Assembly (NCBI RefSeq): GCF_001194135.2
Contig: NC_068983.1
Coordinates: forward strand, 132,401,538-132,465,537
DNA length: 64,000 bases
Reading direction: 5' to 3'
Origin: Octopus bimaculoides
Lineage: Eukaryota
In this document: piece by piece, positions 61,315 through 64,000 of the stretch
How positions within the stretch are numbered: position 1 is the stretch's first letter
Layout: every line of letters begins with the position of its first letter
The notes under the pieces: model-generated
Told to the model about the DNA's origin: nothing
What the model saw: the letters and a program-made list of their open reading frames with translations, nothing else
The model's database searches: none
Program-made: the position numbers and the translations under genes

Positions 61315-63058
61315 TCGCATAAATAATATTGAATATGTAACATTAATAACTACAAGTTAATCTTAATTACATCATTATCAAAATTGCCAATCAACGTTCA
61401 TTCGATGTGAGAATATTATCCATTATCATTCAGGTGTAAGCGACTGCAATTTCATGCATTAATGTGAAATATCACATTAAGTAGCATATATACTTCCTAA
61501 GAATGATATCCGTATGCATACAATTAATGATGCAGAATAATTTTCCGTAAGCTATCAGTTAGTAGTTTGGAAGATGACATTAACCTGTCGCATGACAATG
61601 AGAAGAGTAGACAATTTTCTACAAATATATCCCTTTTATATTAGCCAAATTAGCAATTTTAATTAGTTAATTTGTAAATCGTTTACTGAAATTAAGTCTC
61701 ATTATTCAGCACGTCATCTCAGCCTTTGTTATGTTTAATTCATTCGAACCCAGTTCCTCACATTTTTAACACAACATACCTCAGAATATAGCATTCGATG
61801 TAATCCTCCTTGTAGAAAATGTTAAATTTTGCTTTCAGGTGCTTTTACTCAAATTCTGGTTGGTAACAAGTGTTACCATCTTTGTTATACGGAAAAACTA
61901 CAGACCGGTGTATGGCATTCATCGGAATATCTTAGAATTACAAACATTTGAAATTGCAGTCTATCGATTTCTCACATAGCAGCACGGGCTCAAATATCAA
62001 GAGGTATAACAATCGATTACCATTATGTGGGCATTTCACGTGTGCAAATGTAACCTTTACATACGTCGGATCAGAAAAGTTTTCGTACTATTAAACATAA
62101 GTGTGCTTAATTTCAACTGACTTTGAGATGTGCGTACGTGAAGTATGGAAGCTAGCTTCATCACCATGCAAACCCAACTTTAATCGATTCCTTAGGTTCT
62201 TGAATAAAGTCATTCGTATTAAGTCTCTTGGTCATTTTTTCGTTAGTTCATACAAAAATACCAACTAAATCGCTTAGTTCAAAAAAGGAACACACTAATC
62301 ATCATTGATGTTGCAGTATTGCATTTAAGAGAATTGATTAGCGGCAATAGCATTAATAAAGATTTCTCCAAAGGAAAATTCCTATAAATCATCAATGAAT
62401 TTCATTTTCATAATTTAATGAATATATAATAGACGAGTAATATGATTACACAATAATGAAGAAATTTTCTTTATGCACATACGTATGGGTTATTGACGGT
62501 TTGTGCCAACGTTAGGCATCTTGAATAACAATTTTCTAGTTGTGACACGGATTGTTAGATGCCTCATGATAGTCATCTATTTCGTGTAGATGAAGGTTTG
62601 TGAAAATATTGGAGAACAGCATGGATTTGTTTACTGCGGTCTCTACTTGCCGAAAACATGCTTTACTTTCAAGGTCATCGTCTGCAGCATTTGTTGACTA
62701 TGTATTAGATAAAACAAAATTGCTACAGGCTGCTTGTAATACAGTTGTTGTTTAAATGAGGCCTTCCATGTCAAACCATCTACTTGTGCACTCCTTCCCG
62801 ATAACAAAACGTTTCAGCTCCAACATATTTGTTTACTATTCTCACTTCCTCTGTTCCTGTGGTCCTGAAAAAGGATTGATTGCAGGTATCAGTTTTGGGT
62901 CACTTCTTCGACCTTAATGGCGTGCAGCTAGAATCCTGATTTCAACACTTTTAGACCTATTAGAGGAAAGAATACACGACAATGGATGCCAATTATGTGT
63001 GCGCGTGTGTGTGTAGTATATGTGTGTGTGAGTGTGTGTATGTGTATGTACATGTATG

Positions 63059-63098
<40 letters not shown>

Positions 63099-63547
63099 NN
63101 NNNNNNNNNNNNNNNNNNNNNNNNNNNNNNNNNNNNNNNNNNNNNNNNNNNNNNNNNNNNNNNNNNNNNNNNNNNNNNNNNNNNNNNNNNNNNNNNNNNN
63201 NNNNNNNNNNNNNNNNNNNNNNNNNNNNNNNNNNNNNNNNNNNNNNNNNNNNNNNNNNNNNNNNNNNNNNNNNNNNNNNNNNNNNNNNNNNNNNNNNNNN
63301 NNNNNNNNNNNNNNNNNNNNNNNNNNNNNNNNNNNNNNNNNNNNNNNNNNNNNNNNNNNNNNNNNNNNNNNNNNNNNNNNNNNNNNNNNNNNNNNNNNNN
63401 NNNNNNNNNNNNNNNNNNNNNNNNNNNNNNNNNNNNNNNNNNNNNNNNNNNNNNNNNNNNNNNNNNNNNNNNNNNNNNNNNNNNNNNNNNNNNNNNNNNN
63501 NNNNNNNNNNNNNNNNNNNNNNNNNNNNNNNNNNNNNNNNNNNNNNN

Positions 63548-63603
<56 letters not shown>

Positions 63604-64000
63604 TGTGTGCGTGCACATATGTGTGGTAAGGTGTGGTGTATGTGTATGCATGTATGTGTGTGTGTGTGAAGATAATATATGTATGTGTATCTATGTAATT
63701 ATACGTATTACGCAGTAATAGATTCGGTGAAAGATGGAAGCTGTAGTTGGTTATATTAGAATAAGTAATAAACGATATGTCGAGTTTATTCCCTACGAGT
63801 GCAGAATCTCTTGCGATTCTCTCAGCTCCAGAAATGGAATGAACTAGAGATAGTAGTTTTGGAAATAACTGTAAAACGAAAGCATTATTTACTAAAATTA
63901 ATATGAAAGGTAATAAATGAACAAGAACATATTCATTGTTTGTCTAGAAGGCTATTGAACACCATTAGATGTAAAGCTAAGAATCAAGAGTAGTTCTTAT

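Larger units (their letters stand above)
1992..63547. other. About 20 assembly gaps (N runs), most flanked by microsatellites
   Basis: Examples are 14152-15049, 18318-19028, 23144-23920 and 29630-30526. Most abut (TA)n, (TG)n, (AAT)n or TTAGGG, as is typical of short-read scaffolding. Confidence 0.95.

Noticed and set aside
62062-62095. Mariner-like terminus TACGTCGGATCAGAAAAGTTTTCGTACT
   Set aside because: I found no matching opposite TIR or transposase sequence.
62470-62900. Possible piggyBac transposase remnant (LFSNIFT, TIRVTTR)
   Set aside because: The resemblance rests on two very weak motifs, and I found no TIRs or TTAA TSD.
14007-63718. Long ORFs in the supplied track (for example 14095-15510, 29486-30577, 62914-63651)
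   Set aside because: They stay open only because they run through N gaps and (TA)n/(CA)n/(CT)n repeats.

Overview
This is a gene-poor, AT-rich eukaryotic (metazoan) draft scaffold with about 20 N gaps, most abutting (TA)n or other microsatellites. The SINE families, microsatellite density and transposon mix look like Octopus/cephalopod DNA; this is recognition from memory, not a database result. I found no host protein-coding gene that I can support, and every long ORF in the track runs through Ns or simple repeats. The window consists of decayed mobile elements: a Tc1 with both TIRs, a Helitron with both termini, a Merlin with long TIRs and a degraded TSD, a maT/DD37D mariner remnant, several R4/Dong-type RLE retrotransposon pieces, L1/Tx1 pieces, Penelope-like RT fragments and tRNA-derived SINEs. 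The most interesting signal is a small non-coding retroposon family at 27914-28274, 32855-32993 and 40594-40923. It joins a Pol III tRNA-like head, an (AAT)n spacer and a minimal hammerhead-ribozyme motif. All three copies are fold-back (inverted) structures, and two are flanked by 12-bp target-site duplications. Two unrelated sequence families in the window show the same inverted-tail plus hammerhead-like layout, which suggests Penelope-type mobilisation. A separate ~380 bp element has telomere-like repeats facing outward at both ends.
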